NCBI GenBank assembly: GCA_964291235.2
Contig: OZ219816.1
Location: 1,344,001-1,408,000, forward strand
DNA from: Vicinamibacteria bacterium
GTDB lineage: Bacteria > Acidobacteriota > Vicinamibacteria > Marinacidobacterales > Marinacidobacteraceae
Reading direction: 5' to 3'
DNA length: 64,000 nt
Both the position numbers and the translations under genes were made by a program. The notes under the pieces are model-generated. The model did not search any database. It was not told where the DNA came from and was given only the letters and a program-made list of their open reading frames with translations. Positions within the stretch are counted from its first letter, which is position 1, and every line of letters starts with the position of its first letter. Below are positions 16,914 to 28,400 of this stretch, one piece after another.

Positions 16914-18680
16914 CTACTCGTCTCCATCCCCCCCCTCGCGGACGGCCCGCAGCACTCGGGCCCGGACTCGGCGGGAAGTCGTCAGCCGGACACTCTGCTG
17001 GGCGATTTCTTCGGCTCTTCGGGTGTCCTGAACCGCGATCAGCCGTTTCATCTCCGGGATCGCGTTGGGGCTCATCGAAAAGGTCCGCACCCCGAACCCC
17101 AGCAGCAGGGGAAGCATGAGCGGCTCGGCCGCGACCTCCCCGCAAATCGCGAGCGGCAACCCGCTCCGCCGGGAGACCCGGGTCACGAAGCGGATGGTGC
17201 GCAGCAGCGCCGGATGGAGCGGATCGCTGTAGTGCGCGACCCGTTCATTTGCCCGGTCCGCGCCGAACAGGTACTGCATCAGGTCATTCGTCCCGATGCT
17301 GAGGAAATCGACCTCCGGCCCCAGCAAGTCCACGGTCGCCGCCGCCGAGGGGACTTCCAGCATGGCGCCGACCGGCACCTCGCGAAAAGGAACATCCCGG
17401 TGGCGAAGCGCCCGAACCGCCGCCCGGACATGGGTCCGGGCAGCCCGAAACTCCTCGAGTCCGCCCACCATGGGGAACATCAACTGGACTTTGCCGTGGA
17501 CGGCGGCCCGCAGCACCGCCCGGATCTGGGTTTCGAAGATCCCGGATGCCATCACCAGCAAACGCGTGCCGCGCAGGCCCAGGGCCGGATTCAATTCGGG
17601 CGCCCGGCCGATGTCCGTTGCGGTGAGATCAAACGCCCGAATCACCAGCGGGTGCGGATCGAGAGTCTGAGCCAGATCCCGGTAGATGCGGAATTGCTCC
17701 TCCTCGGAAGGGATCTCCTGGACCGCAATCCGCTCGGTACGGAAAAGCCCTACCCCTTCGGCGCCGTGCCGGCGAACAAGGTCGATCTCTCCGGGCTCGT
17801 CCATGTTGGCCATCAACACCACCCGCTCGCCGTTGGCGGTGCGGGCTTGCGACGCCGTCGCCGCCAGCAGGCGACGACGACGTTCCCGTTCTCGTTCCCG
17901 CTTCTTCCGATACTCGGCAACGGTTTCCCGAGCGGGATTCACCACCACGATCCCTTCGGAACCATCCACCACCACGGGCAGGTCGGTGTGGATGTGATCG
18001 AGCAGGCCGGGGATCCCGGTGACGCAGGGGACATCGTGCGTCCGCGCCAGAATCGCCGTGTGGTACGTGGGTCCGCCCGCCTCCATGATGACCCCCAAGA
18101 TCTTGCCCCAGTCGAGTTCCGCGGTGTCCGACGGGCGAAGATCATCGGCCGCCACTACGTGCCGGCGTTCCCAGCGCTCGAGGCTCGGCCGGGCGGCACC
18201 GCCCAGATTCTGAAGCAGCCGCCCGCCGACATCCGCGATGTCTCCCTTACGCTGACGCAGGTACTCGTCGGCGAGCCCGTCAAAGACCGCCTCGAGTTCG
18301 CGGAGAACCGTGCGGACCGCCCATTCTGCGTTCACCCGCTCCGCCCGGATGACCTCCTGCACCCGCTCGACGAGCAGAGGGTCAGCGAGCATCAGCCGCT
18401 GCGCTTCGAACAGATAGGCCCGGTCCTGTCCCAGGGCCCGTCGGGTGGATTCCCGAATCTCCCGTAGCTGTTCCTCAGCCCGGGCGCGGGCGTTTTGGAA
18501 ACGCCGGATCTCGCGCCCGATCTCCCGCTGGCTGATTTCCACCCGGAACACCGGAACGGCGCGCCGCTCGAAGATGATCGTCGGCGCCACGCAGATCCCC
18601 GGCGCGGCGGGCTCCCCGCGCAGGACGGTCTCACCCGGGCCGGCCCGAACGGAGTCGCTCCGGGGGAAGGGCACCATCAT
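16914..18680 (-). CDS. ptsI: PEP-protein phosphotransferase (PTS enzyme I)
   Basis: GGPTYHTAILAR phospho-His, GVGLFRTE, ELNPALGLRG, SIGTNDL, ICGEVA. Confidence 0.93.
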   Translation of the reverse strand: MMVPFPRSDSVRAGPGETVLRGEPAAPGICVAPTIIFERRAVPVFRVEISQREIGREIRRFQNARARAEEQLREIRESTRRALGQDRAYLFEAQRLMLADPLLVERVQEVIRAERVNAEWAVRTVLRELEAVFDGLADEYLRQRKGDIADVGGRLLQNLGGAARPSLERWERRHVVAADDLRPSDTAELDWGKILGVIMEAGGPTYHTAILARTHDVPCVTGIPGLLDHIHTDLPVVVDGSEGIVVVNPARETVAEYRKKRERERERRRRLLAATASQARTANGERVVLMANMDEPGEIDLVRRHGAEGVGLFRTERIAVQEIPSEEEQFRIYRDLAQTLDPHPLVIRAFDLTATDIGRAPELNPALGLRGTRLLVMASGIFETQIRAVLRAAVHGKVQLMFPMVGGLEEFRAARTHVRAAVRALRHRDVPFREVPVGAMLEVPSAAATVDLLGPEVDFLSIGTNDLMQYLFGADRANERVAHYSDPLHPALLRTIRFVTRVSRRSGLPLAICGEVAAEPLMLPLLLGFGVRTFSMSPNAIPEMKRLIAVQDTRRAEEIAQQSVRLTTSRRVRARVLRAVREGGDGDE

Positions 18681-18985
18681 CGCGCTGCACCCGGAGCGGC
18701 CCCGTCGACCCCCGGCTCCGGAGGATCTCCGATCCCCTCATGGACCAGCCGCGTCAGCGCTTCCAGCGCGGCCGCCGCCTCCGGACCGGAAGTGTGGATC
18801 CGCAGGCGGCTCCCCCTGGCGGCGGCGAGGAACAACAGGCCCAGAATGCTCTTGCCGTCGATGGTGGTCTCGCCGCGGGTCACGGTCACGACCGCGTCAT
18901 AGCGCGCCGCCGTCTTGACGAAACGGGCTGCCGCCCGTGCGTGCATCCCCAGCTGGTTCGTGACCAGGACGACCCGCTCCGGCAC
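18677..18985 (-). CDS. ptsH: Phosphocarrier protein HPr
   Basis: GMHARAAA (His15) and DGKSILGL (Ser46). Confidence 0.92.
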   Translation of the reverse strand: MPERVVLVTNQLGMHARAAARFVKTAARYDAVVTVTRGETTIDGKSILGLLFLAAARGSRLRIHTSGPEAAAALEALTRLVHEGIGDPPEPGVDGAAPGAAR

Positions 18986-19009
18986 CGTTTCCGACCAGAC
19001 CCCGCCGGG

Positions 19010-19501
19010 TCAGTCCTGCTCCGGGCTGGCGTCATCCTCCGGCACGGCCGCGGCCCCTTCCTCCGGCTGTTGGTCGATCGCGGCGGCGCCCACACCCCCG
19101 CCGAGCAGTTCGGAGGCGAGATAGATGTTCTCCTTCCCCTGGTACAGCGCCGCCCGCGCTGCCTCGGCCGGACCAACCTGGTCCTCCTCCCGAATCGAAA
19201 TGAGCCGGATGAGCATGGGGAGATTCACCCCCGTTACGACTTCGATCCGGCCCTCCTTGAGCAGGCTGAGAGCCAGATTGGAGGGGGTTCCGCCAAACAT
19301 GTCCGTCAGGATCACCGAACCCTCATCTCCGGCAACTCGCTCCACGGCCGTCACGATGGCCCGTTGGGCGTCGTCCGGGGCGTCGTGCCAGCCGATCGAA
19401 ACGCTGGTGGCGTTCGGGATGTCCTCTCCGGTGATCATCTCCGCGGCAGCTACCAGCTCCCGCGCCAACTGCCCGTGGGTGACGACGACAATACCGATCA
19501 T
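19010..19501 (-). CDS. PTS mannose/fructose-type EIIA component
   Basis: MIGIVVVTHG, LTDMFGGTPSN, GVNLPML motifs. Confidence 0.9.
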   Translation of the reverse strand: MIGIVVVTHGQLARELVAAAEMITGEDIPNATSVSIGWHDAPDDAQRAIVTAVERVAGDEGSVILTDMFGGTPSNLALSLLKEGRIEVVTGVNLPMLIRLISIREEDQVGPAEAARAALYQGKENIYLASELLGGGVGAAAIDQQPEEGAAAVPEDDASPEQD

Positions 19502-19534
19502 CGGCAGGCAGTATTCGGGAGCGGCCCCCGCGGG

Positions 19535-21037
19535 TCAACTCCCGGCGGATCCCCAACCGGAAGCACGCGCCGGCGGGCGGTTGCGATAGCGGGCGCGTCG
19601 TTCGTTGGAAGACGGGATGCGCAGCGATTTGCGGTACTTGGCCACCGTCCGGCGGGCGATCATGATCCCCTCCCGGTCCAGGAGTTGAACAATCTGTTCG
19701 TCGGCCAGCGGATGTTGCGGATCCTCGCGCTCGACCATCCGCTGGACCCGCGCGCGTACCGCCTCCGAGGACACCTGACGCCCGTCGCGCAGCGACAGGG
19801 CGCTGTGGAAGAACCGCCGGAACGGAATGACGCCGCGCGGAGTCTCCAGGTACTTGTTGCTCACGACGCGGGAGACGGTGGACTCGGCGCGCCCGATGTC
19901 CTGTGCGACGTCATTCAGCACCAGCGGCCGGATATGAGCAATCCCCTGATTCAGGAAATCGGTCTGCTTGCGCACGATGTCCTCGGCGACGAGTCGCACC
20001 GTCTCCTGGCGCTGCTGGACAGACCGCTGAAAGCCTTTCGCGCGAGCCCAGGCCTCCCGCGCGAAGGCCTGGTCCGCCGGGGTGTGCCGGTCGGGAGTCT
20101 TCAGCACGGCGCGGTAGGCGGAACTGGTCCGGAGTCTCGGAATCCCGTCGCTCATCTCGACTCGCCACTCTCCGTTGAACACATAGGCCCGGGCGTCCGG
20201 CACCACGACTTGCTCGGGACCCCGAGAGAACTGGCGGCCCGGACGAAAGTCCAGCTCCCCGATCCGGCGAAGCCAGCGCATCACCAGGCCAATCTCGGCG
20301 CCCATCGCTCGGGCAAGATCCCGGAAGCGCTCCCCGATGACCAGATCGAGATGCTCGCGCACGATCGTGCCCAGCGGGCCCTCAGCCTTCCCGGCACTCT
20401 CGAGTTGAACCAGCAGGCACTCGGCGAGATTCAGGCAGCCGACGCCCGTCGGGTCGAAACGAAGGATTCGCTTGCGCACCGACTCGACTTCCTCTGCCGT
20501 CACGCCAACCGTGCCGGCAATCTCCTCGACGGAACCATCGAGGTAGCCGCGGTCGTCGAGGTTTCCGATGATCTGGAGTCCAATGGTGCGTTCAAGTTCG
20601 GTTTCAACCGATGGACCGAGCTGCTCGATCAGGTGCTGCGCCAGGGTGCGTCCGGCCGCCAGGGTCCTCTCCAGGGCCGGGGGCTCTTCGCCGAGAGCCA
20701 ACCCGCCGGTGTTGTCGTGATTCTCGCGGTAGAAATCCTCCGCCTCGATCTCCGTCATCGGGTCGGGATCGTCCTCCGGCGAGCTCTCGTCGGTTTCGGC
20801 CCCGTCCGCCGCCTCGGCCTCCTCGCTGGTTTCCGCGTCGTCTTCCTCTTCGTCCGTCACCTCTTCGAGTGCCGGATTCTGGAGCAGCTCCTGCTGCACC
20901 CGGACTCTCAGTTCGGTAAGCGGCAATACCAGCATCTCGATGGTCTGCCGCACCTGGGGCGTGAGCGTCAGTCGGGCCTGCTGACGCACTCCGACCCGGA
21001 GTTCCGTTCTGGGGCCGGACCGACCGCTCACTGCCAC
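19535..21037 (-). CDS. rpoN: RNA polymerase sigma-54 factor
   Basis: Gln/Leu-rich region I, ESTVSRV HTH, RpoN box ARRTVAKYR. Confidence 0.95.
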   Translation of the reverse strand: MAVSGRSGPRTELRVGVRQQARLTLTPQVRQTIEMLVLPLTELRVRVQQELLQNPALEEVTDEEEDDAETSEEAEAADGAETDESSPEDDPDPMTEIEAEDFYRENHDNTGGLALGEEPPALERTLAAGRTLAQHLIEQLGPSVETELERTIGLQIIGNLDDRGYLDGSVEEIAGTVGVTAEEVESVRKRILRFDPTGVGCLNLAECLLVQLESAGKAEGPLGTIVREHLDLVIGERFRDLARAMGAEIGLVMRWLRRIGELDFRPGRQFSRGPEQVVVPDARAYVFNGEWRVEMSDGIPRLRTSSAYRAVLKTPDRHTPADQAFAREAWARAKGFQRSVQQRQETVRLVAEDIVRKQTDFLNQGIAHIRPLVLNDVAQDIGRAESTVSRVVSNKYLETPRGVIPFRRFFHSALSLRDGRQVSSEAVRARVQRMVEREDPQHPLADEQIVQLLDREGIMIARRTVAKYRKSLRIPSSNERRARYRNRPPARASGWGSAGS

Positions 21038-21882
21038 TCCCAGTCCTCGCCGAGATAGGCCCGGCGCACCGCGGGACTACGGACCAACGCGGCGGGCGTC
21101 CCCTCGAAAAGGATGCGGCCCTCCTCGATAATGTAGGCCCGGTCCGTCACCCGGAGCGTTTCACGGACGCTGTGATCGGTGACGAGCACCCCCAGTCCCC
21201 GGTCGCGCAGCCGGCCGACAATTCGCTGCAGCTCGGATACCGCGATCGGGTCGATGGCGGCGAACGGCTCATCCAGGAGCAGGAACTGAGGAGCCGGGGC
21301 GAGCGCCCGGGCGATTTCCGCCCGCCGGCGTTCGCCACCGGAAAGGGAGTGGCCGAGGTTCCTCCGGCGATCGCTGAGGCCGAACTCCTCCAGAAGTGAG
21401 TCAGCGCGCTTGCGCCGCTCCTTCCGCCCCAGCCGGGGCACTTGTTCCAGGATGGCCAGCACGTTCTCCTCGACCGTAAGCCCCCGGAAGATGGACGGTT
21501 CCTGCGGCAGGTACCCAATCCCGGAACGCGCCCGGCGGTGCATCGCCAGCCCGGTGAGATCCTGATCATCCAGGGACACCTGGCCGTGGTCCGGCTGGAT
21601 CAACCCGACGATCATGCGAAACGTAGTCGTCTTCCCGGCTCCGTTGGGGCCGAGGAGGCCGACGACCTCCCCGCTCCCCACCTGAACCGAAACCTCGTCC
21701 ACCACCCGGCGGTGTCCGTAGCTCTTGATGAGGTCCTGACAGGCGAGCAGGTGGCGGGGCGGCGAGTCCGCCTCTGCTTTCCCGACTGGCGCGCCGGCAT
21801 CTGCCGGGGTCGGGGAAGGCCCCTCAGCCGCTTCGGCGGCAGAGGCGCTGGCGGCCGGCGCGCCGCTCGCGGAGAGACTCAC
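21028..21882 (-). CDS. lptB: LPS export ABC transporter ATP-binding protein LptB
   Basis: [41 protein letters not shown]; upstream of rpoN; start set at GTG 21882. Confidence 0.9.
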   Translation of the reverse strand: MSLSASGAPAASASAAEAAEGPSPTPADAGAPVGKAEADSPPRHLLACQDLIKSYGHRRVVDEVSVQVGSGEVVGLLGPNGAGKTTTFRMIVGLIQPDHGQVSLDDQDLTGLAMHRRARSGIGYLPQEPSIFRGLTVEENVLAILEQVPRLGRKERRKRADSLLEEFGLSDRRRNLGHSLSGGERRRAEIARALAPAPQFLLLDEPFAAIDPIAVSELQRIVGRLRDRGLGVLVTDHSVRETLRVTDRAYIIEEGRILFEGTPAALVRSPAVRRAYLGEDWEWQ

Positions 21883-21883
21883 G

Positions 21884-23923
21884 CTAGCGACGGGAGGGGA
21901 TCTCTCCCCTGGTAACCCGACCTCGAGTGAAGGCCCGCCGGGAACGGGTGGGGTGGATCTCGGTTCGATCCGCGCCCAGGGCCAACTCCAGCAGTCCTCC
22001 CTCCGAGGTCCTGCCGTCCACTTCCAGGACCGCCGGAGAACCCCGGGCCAACAAGATGTCGGCGGCGGGTTCGTAGCGGATGCGGAACCCCCGTACAAGG
22101 CTGCTCCCGCGTTCAAATCGCGCGCCCTGAAACCCGACCACCGCCCCGAGCGAACCCTCCGGGGTCATTTCCGCTTCGATACGCCCGGCGAAGAGCTTGC
22201 TGTGTTCTCCCGACGATTCCTCGCGCTCGAGTTCAGGACTTCCCGTATAGGCAATCCGTCCTCCCTCCGCCTCGTAATGGAACCGCTCCGACCGCGCCGC
22301 AAAAACGAAGGGGGAGGCGGCGGAATCACCCTCTACCGGGTCACTTCCGCCTGGGGGGATGTCAAGTTCCAGCGAGGTGGCGACGTCACCGGACGCCTCC
22401 AGCGTTCGGCCTTCCGCGTCCACCTTGATTTCGTCCGCAAGGAGCCGGTTCTTGCCGAACAGGAGTCGTACGCCTCCCCGGAAGTCCCCCAGGCCACTCC
22501 CGGTTTCGAGGAGCGCGGTGTCCGCGGTGAGCACCACACCGTCAAATTGTCCCGGCAGCCAGTCGAGCCGTGCAGGAAGAAACCGGGCCGTCAATCCCTC
22601 CCGCGCCTCGATGCGGCTCGGTTCCGCAACAACCAGTCGCAAATCGCCCCCTTCGAGTTCGAGGAGCGACGAATCCACGACGCGCGGGTCTCCTTCCAGA
22701 ACCAGGATGTCGGAACCGTCCCAGCGCGCGGTTTCGGCGGTAGCCGACGCCCGGCCGTAACGCGCCTCGACCCCGCCCTCAAACGCCGCCTCCCGGATCA
22801 GGCCCTGGGGCCCGAGATCAACCTCAAGCGCCGAAGAATCCACCGAAATCAACTGCCGCTGCTCCGGACCGGCCGGAAGGCGGGAGGTCACCTCGCCGGT
22901 CATGGTGAGCCATTCGGGATCTCCCCCGGGGTCGAGAGTCAGGGTCCCCTCGTCTGCCCGGAGCTCCGTTCCCGCTCCCCGGCGAAACGAGAGGTTCTCC
23001 TTCACCAGCACCCGGCGCGGCGTGCGTCCCTCCTCCAGGGTGATCTCCAGTTCGTCACCCCGAAGAACCAACTCGTCGCCGGACGCTCCCGGCGCCGCTT
23101 CGTCGGGAGACTTGCGGAACGTGAGCGCCGTTCCGAACCCGGCCTCGATGGAACGCATCCGGCGCCGTTCCCGGTCGCGATGGGCGGTCACCGATTCCTG
23201 GGAGAAGAGTTGGAGCCGATCCGACTCGATCTCGACGTCGCCGAAGAGCGTCGTGTCCGCCGTCTGTCCGTCGAAGCGCACCCGCTCGGCAACGACCGCA
23301 AGCCCCCCCTCCGTCACCGGAGCCGCGACCACGCCCTGTAGCGAGACGTCCCCGGCGAGTGTTTCGAACTGCATGGACGCGGCAATTCCGATGAAGTCAC
23401 TGCTCTGGAACTGCACCGGATCACGGGACCAGAGTCGGTCCGGCGAGCGCCGGAAATGCAGGTGTGGCCCGGAGAGTTCGAGCCCTTCGACGCTCAGCAG
23501 CGCGTTACCGATGAATTCGACCGCCTCGGTCCGGGGATCGAGGAGCAACTCGTCGGCGGCGACCACCGCGTCCCCGTCCGCGTACACCCCGACCAGGCGC
23601 ACCTCGACGTTCCGAAACCGCTGCTGGCCGTCACTGCGGCCGAGCGCCTCCTCCGCCCTTCCGTGGAGGACAAGCCGACCCTGTTCGTCGTAGCGGGTGA
23701 ACTCGACCTCGGTCGAAACCACCTCTTCCCGCTCAACGGGCACCTCATCGGCGGAACCGAACCACTCCGCCGCCCGCCGTTCGAAGCCCTGCTGGAGGCG
23801 CAGCACCACAAACACCGCAAACCCGAGGAAGGCCAGCACCGTCAGGGCCGGCCCGATCCATCGCGACCAAACCGCCGCCCGACGGCGGCGCGCGCCCTTC
23901 CCGGCGCGGGGCAGTGTCGGCAC
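21884..23923 (-). CDS. Large membrane-anchored LptC/LptA (OstA beta-jellyroll) repeat protein
   Basis: Single N-terminal TM followed by about 600 aa of beta-strand-rich repeats (Fx[15 protein letters not shown]); directly upstream of lptB; start GTG 23923 approximate. Confidence 0.7.
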   Translation of the reverse strand: MPTLPRAGKGARRRRAAVWSRWIGPALTVLAFLGFAVFVVLRLQQGFERRAAEWFGSADEVPVEREEVVSTEVEFTRYDEQGRLVLHGRAEEALGRSDGQQRFRNVEVRLVGVYADGDAVVAADELLLDPRTEAVEFIGNALLSVEGLELSGPHLHFRRSPDRLWSRDPVQFQSSDFIGIAASMQFETLAGDVSLQGVVAAPVTEGGLAVVAERVRFDGQTADTTLFGDVEIESDRLQLFSQESVTAHRDRERRRMRSIEAGFGTALTFRKSPDEAAPGASGDELVLRGDELEITLEEGRTPRRVLVKENLSFRRGAGTELRADEGTLTLDPGGDPEWLTMTGEVTSRLPAGPEQRQLISVDSSALEVDLGPQGLIREAAFEGGVEARYGRASATAETARWDGSDILVLEGDPRVVDSSLLELEGGDLRLVVAEPSRIEAREGLTARFLPARLDWLPGQFDGVVLTADTALLETGSGLGDFRGGVRLLFGKNRLLADEIKVDAEGRTLEASGDVATSLELDIPPGGSDPVEGDSAASPFVFAARSERFHYEAEGGRIAYTGSPELEREESSGEHSKLFAGRIEAEMTPEGSLGAVVGFQGARFERGSSLVRGFRIRYEPAADILLARGSPAVLEVDGRTSEGGLLELALGADRTEIHPTRSRRAFTRGRVTRGEIPSRR

Positions 23924-23928
23924 GCGAG

Positions 23929-24984
23929 TCAGCCCGTGCCCGCCGACTGGTAGCCGGCGGCGCCGCTTTCCCCGGCTCCCCTCTCCCCCGGGGGCGGCGC
24001 GTCCCCGGATCGCTGGACCGGCGCCTCCTCGAGTCCAATGTTCCCCATGCTCCGAAACTTCTGGTAGCGCGCCTGCCGGAGTTCGGCTTGGGGAACTTCG
24101 CCGAGGACGCGTAGCGCGGACCGCAACCGCTCGCCGAGGATCGCCGCTGCCGCGTCGTGGTCCGCGTGCGCTCCTCCCGGAGGTTCCGGAACGATCTCGT
24201 CGATCAGGCCGTTCTTCAGGTGCTCGGGAGCGGTGATGCGCATGCGGGCCGCGGCTTCCTCGGTCGCCGCGAAGGCGCGCTCCGGATCCTTCCAGAGGAT
24301 GGCGGCACACCCTTCCGGCGAAATCACGGAGTAGATCGCGTTCTCCATCATCAGGATGCGATCACCCACCGCGATCCCCAGGGCTCCGCCGCTACCGCCC
24401 TCGCCGATGATCGCCACCACCACCGGAACTTCGAGTCGCGCCATTTCGCGCAGATTCAGGGCGATCGCCTCGGCCTGTCCACGCTCTTCGGCCTCGATGC
24501 CGGGAAAGGCCCCCGGCGTATCCACGAGCGCGATGATCGGCCGACCGAACTTCTCCGCCATTTTCATGAGCCGGAGCGCCTTCCGGTACCCCTCGGGCCG
24601 CGGCATGCCGTAGTTGCGATGAATCCGTTCCGCGGTATCGCGCCCCTTCTGTTGCCCGATCACCATCACCGGCTGCCCCGAAAGCCATGCCGGGCCTCCC
24701 ACGACGGCCGGATCGTCCGCATAGCGCCGGTCGCCGTGAACCTCCGTGAAGTCCGTAAATATCCGCTTCAGATAGTCGAGCGTGTAGGGACGTTCGGGAT
24801 GGCGCGCCACCCGCACCCGCTGCCACGGCGTCAGACCCGCATAGATGCGCTGACGCCGCCGCAACAGTTCGCGCTCAAGTCCGGCAATTTCCGCCGAATG
24901 ACTGTCGGGATACCCGGTAAGTGCTTCGATTCGCTGAACAATCGCCTGGATGTCGGCTTCGAAGTCGAGAAACTCGCGCTGCAC
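23929..24984 (-). CDS. accA: Acetyl-CoA carboxylase carboxyltransferase alpha subunit
   Basis: [52 protein letters not shown]. Confidence 0.96.
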   Translation of the reverse strand: MQREFLDFEADIQAIVQRIEALTGYPDSHSAEIAGLERELLRRRQRIYAGLTPWQRVRVARHPERPYTLDYLKRIFTDFTEVHGDRRYADDPAVVGGPAWLSGQPVMVIGQQKGRDTAERIHRNYGMPRPEGYRKALRLMKMAEKFGRPIIALVDTPGAFPGIEAEERGQAEAIALNLREMARLEVPVVVAIIGEGGSGGALGIAVGDRILMMENAIYSVISPEGCAAILWKDPERAFAATEEAAARMRITAPEHLKNGLIDEIVPEPPGGAHADHDAAAAILGERLRSALRVLGEVPQAELRQARYQKFRSMGNIGLEEAPVQRSGDAPPPGERGAGESGAAGYQSAGTG

Positions 24985-25079
24985 GATGGGAAGTCTAGCG
25001 AGGCCCGATCAGGCAAATCCCGTACCACAAGCGATGCATCTTCGGCGTAAGACGCCCACGAGGCGCCGGTTCGCTGTTG

Positions 25080-25457
25080 GCGGCCGGTGGTGAAACCCAG
25101 CGTGCACCCATTCGCGGCGCGCCAGTTCTCCCGGTCGGAGGTCGCAGGATCAACCCGTGGGGGGCGCCCGGAACCACGGATTCGGTGTCCGCGATCTCCT
25201 GGGGCTCATGCGGGGTGCTTTCACCACGGGCTCCTAACGGCCCGTGGCAAAAACCGGAGGGCGCCCATTCGCGGCGCGCAGCGCCACGGGGGTGGGGTGT
25301 GGGGAGGGGTTTCCCCTCCCCGCGAAAGACGATGCTGCGAATCGCATAGCGATTGCAGCATCAACCCGTGGGGAAAGCGCCCCGCGCGCACGGAAACCAC
25401 GGATTCGGTGTCCGCGATCTCCTGGAGCTCATGCGGGGGGCTTTCCCCACGGGCTGC
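25080..25457. mobile_element. Two tandem MITE-like elements separated by TA
   Basis: Copy A 25080-25234 and copy B 25237-25457 each have CC(C/G)GTGG..AAA / TTT..CCACGGGC inverted ends. A 44-nt block with one mismatch is shared (25172-25215 and 25395-25438). Termini resemble those of the 3400 and 32481 elements. Confidence 0.65.
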
Positions 25458-28400
25458 TATCGCGCGAAGTCGGGAGGGAGCCTGCCGTCGAGGCGAAGGG
25501 TGTCCGGCCCCAGCAGATCCCAGGCGTCCCGCGCCAGGTCGCGACAGGGTCGGACCGCAGTCGCCGTCTCGAGGAGGACTTCGATTCCGCGTGCCCGCAC
25601 CCTTAGCAGCAGGGGTCTTCCGCCCGGGTATTTCGCGAGCAGTTCCTCAAGGACGCTCCCCAGTCGTTCGGGTTCGCGAACCAGGAGTTCCACCCGGCGG
25701 GCCAACCGGTAGGGCGCCTCGTCGGCGAGCAGGAGTTCGTGCGCGTGCAGTTCGGCCTGTTGCCGGGAGCGCCGGCCCTTGTCGCCGGATCGCGCTGACT
25801 CACGCCGGAAGACTCCCCTGACCAGCGCCACGGGCTCGCTCTCGAGCGGCGGGCAGGTGCTCCACATCTCCGGGAACGCCACCACGGGGATCGACCCCGT
25901 TTCGTCCTCGACGATGAATCTGCCCATCGCGCGGCCGGCTCTCGTGGCTCGCTTCCGAAGCTCCCGAACGAGTCCCACAACCCCCACCTCCGCCTTGTCC
26001 CCGGTCGCCAGCACCGCCTTCACCGGGCCGGTGACCACGTTCTTGAGCGCCGCGCGGTATTCCGTTGCCGGATGCCCTTCCCAGAAGAAGCCGAGCGCGT
26101 CCTGTTCGCGCCGCAACCGCTCCGCATCGGTCCAGGCTTCGGCATCGGGGAAGACATCCACGGGAGCCTCGTGGGCGGCGCCGAACAGGGACTGTACGCC
26201 GGCGCTCTGGCGGCCGCGCGCCCGATTCGCCGCCTCCAGGGCGCCCGGGATGGCTGGCAGGATCCGCCACCGGGGAACCCGGAGAAAATCGAGCGCGCCC
26301 GCGCAACAGAGCGCTTCGACGGCCCCCCGGTTGAGCGTCTTCGGTTCGACGCTTTCCAGGAAATGGGCGAGCGACTCGAAATCCCCGCATTCGCGTCTCG
26401 CCCGTTCAATCTCCCGCGCGGCACGGGTGCCGACCTGTTTGACCGCTTCCAGGCCGTAGCGGACTGCCTTGCCCTCCACGAGCGCTTCGGCGCCACTTCG
26501 TCGTACATCGGGGGGGAGCACGGGTATTCCGACGGCCTGGGCGCTCTTGCGGATCCGGGCAATGCGCTCGTCCTTGTCACCGGAACGGTGTCCGGCAGTG
26601 AGCAGCGACGCCAGGAAATGGAGCGGGAAGTGGGTCTTCAGCCAGCCGGCAACGTAGGCAACCACCGCGTAACCCACGGCGTGCGATCGGTTGAACCCGT
26701 ACCCGGCGAACTTTGCTATCTGTTGGAACGTCTCCTCGGCGACCCGACGATCGAGCCCGCCGGCTACCGCGCCTTCCACGAAGCGCCCTTCCTCGCTGCG
26801 CATCACCTCCGGATCCTTCTTGCCCATCGCCTTCCGCAGGATGTCCGCCTGGCCAAGCGAATACCCTGCCAGGTTCTGGGCGGCCAACATGACCTGCTCC
26901 TGGTACACGATGAGCCCGCGCGTCTCGGGGAACAGGGCGCGCACGCGGTGGTCCAACTTGTCGGACAAACCGCCCTTTTTCTTGGCGGCCACGAAGTCCG
27001 CCGCCATTCCGCTCTCCAGCGGACCGGGGCGGTAGAGCGCGTTGAGCGCCGCCAGATCATCGAGATTCTCCGGTTTGTAGCTGGAGAGGAGTTCGCGCAT
27101 CCCGCGGCTTTCGAACTGGAAGATCCCGTCCGTCTCCGCCCGTGAAAACAGAGCGAACGTGTCGGGATCGGGCGGCACCTTCTCGAAGTGGCCGTCCTGG
27201 ATGAGATCAAGCGCCGAAACCTCCTCCGGGCTCGGAGCGGTATCGGCATCATCCGCAATCCGCCGGGCGCAGTCGTCGATCTGGGTGAGGTTGCGGAGCC
27301 CCAGGAAGTCCATCTTGAAGAGCCCGATCGCCTCGCAGTCCTTCATGTCCCACTGCGTGCGGCGGCGGACGGCTGCCGACGCGGGATCCCCGGTGGTGCG
27401 GGCGGAACCGGACTTCTTGACCGCCACATCGCGGTAGAGCGGCAGAATGTCTTCGAGCGGCTCGGGCGAGATGACGACCCCGGCGGCGTGCGTGCCGACG
27501 TTGCGAGGCAGCCCCTCGAGTCGTTCGGCGAGTTCAAAGAGCCGCTGGAACTGCGGATCTGCCCGCGCTTCCCGGAGTGCCGGAACCCTGTCGAAAGCAT
27601 CGCTGAGGCTCGTCAAGTCCGGGATCAGCTTGGCCAGCCGGTCCACCTCCGGCGGGGGCAGCTCCAACATGCGGCCGACATCCCGGACCACCAGTTTGGC
27701 CTTCATGCTCCCCAAGGTCATGATCTGGGCCACCCGGTCGTTCCCATAGCGTTCGGTGACGTATTCCAGGACTTCTTCGCGCCGGAACTCGCAGAAATCC
27801 ACGTCGATGTCCGGAGGGCTCACCCGGTCCGGATTCAGGAAACGCTCGAACAGGAGGCCGTGGGCGAGAGGGTCGATGTCGGTGATGCCGAGTGCGTAGG
27901 CGACGAGGCTTCCCGCCGCCGACCCCCTGCCCGGCCCCACGGGTATCCGACGCTCCCGCGAGAAGCGCACGAAGTCCTCAACGATCAGAAAATAGGCGGA
28001 ATAGCCGGTTTTCTGGATGACATCGAGTTCCATCCGAAGCCGGTCTTCGTAGTCTGGCCGGGGAGGGCGCTTGCCGTGGACCTCCGCGGATTCGAGTCGC
28101 CACGCCAGCCCTCGCGCCACGGATTCCTCCAGGGTGCCGGCCAGGGTCTTCCCCTCCGGCACCTCGAAATGCGGAAGCAGGCTGCGCTCCTTTTCGACGA
28201 AATCAAAGTCCTCGACCTGCTCGGCGATCTCGACAGTGTTGCGGTAGGCGTCGGGACATCCCTCGAATACCGTTTCCATCTGTTCCGAGGTCTTGAAGAA
28301 GAACTGGTCCGAATGGAACTTCAAGCGTCGCGGGTCGCTCGCCGCACGGTTGACGCTGATACAAAGACGCAGGTCGTGGGCCTCGGCGTCCTCGGGCGAC

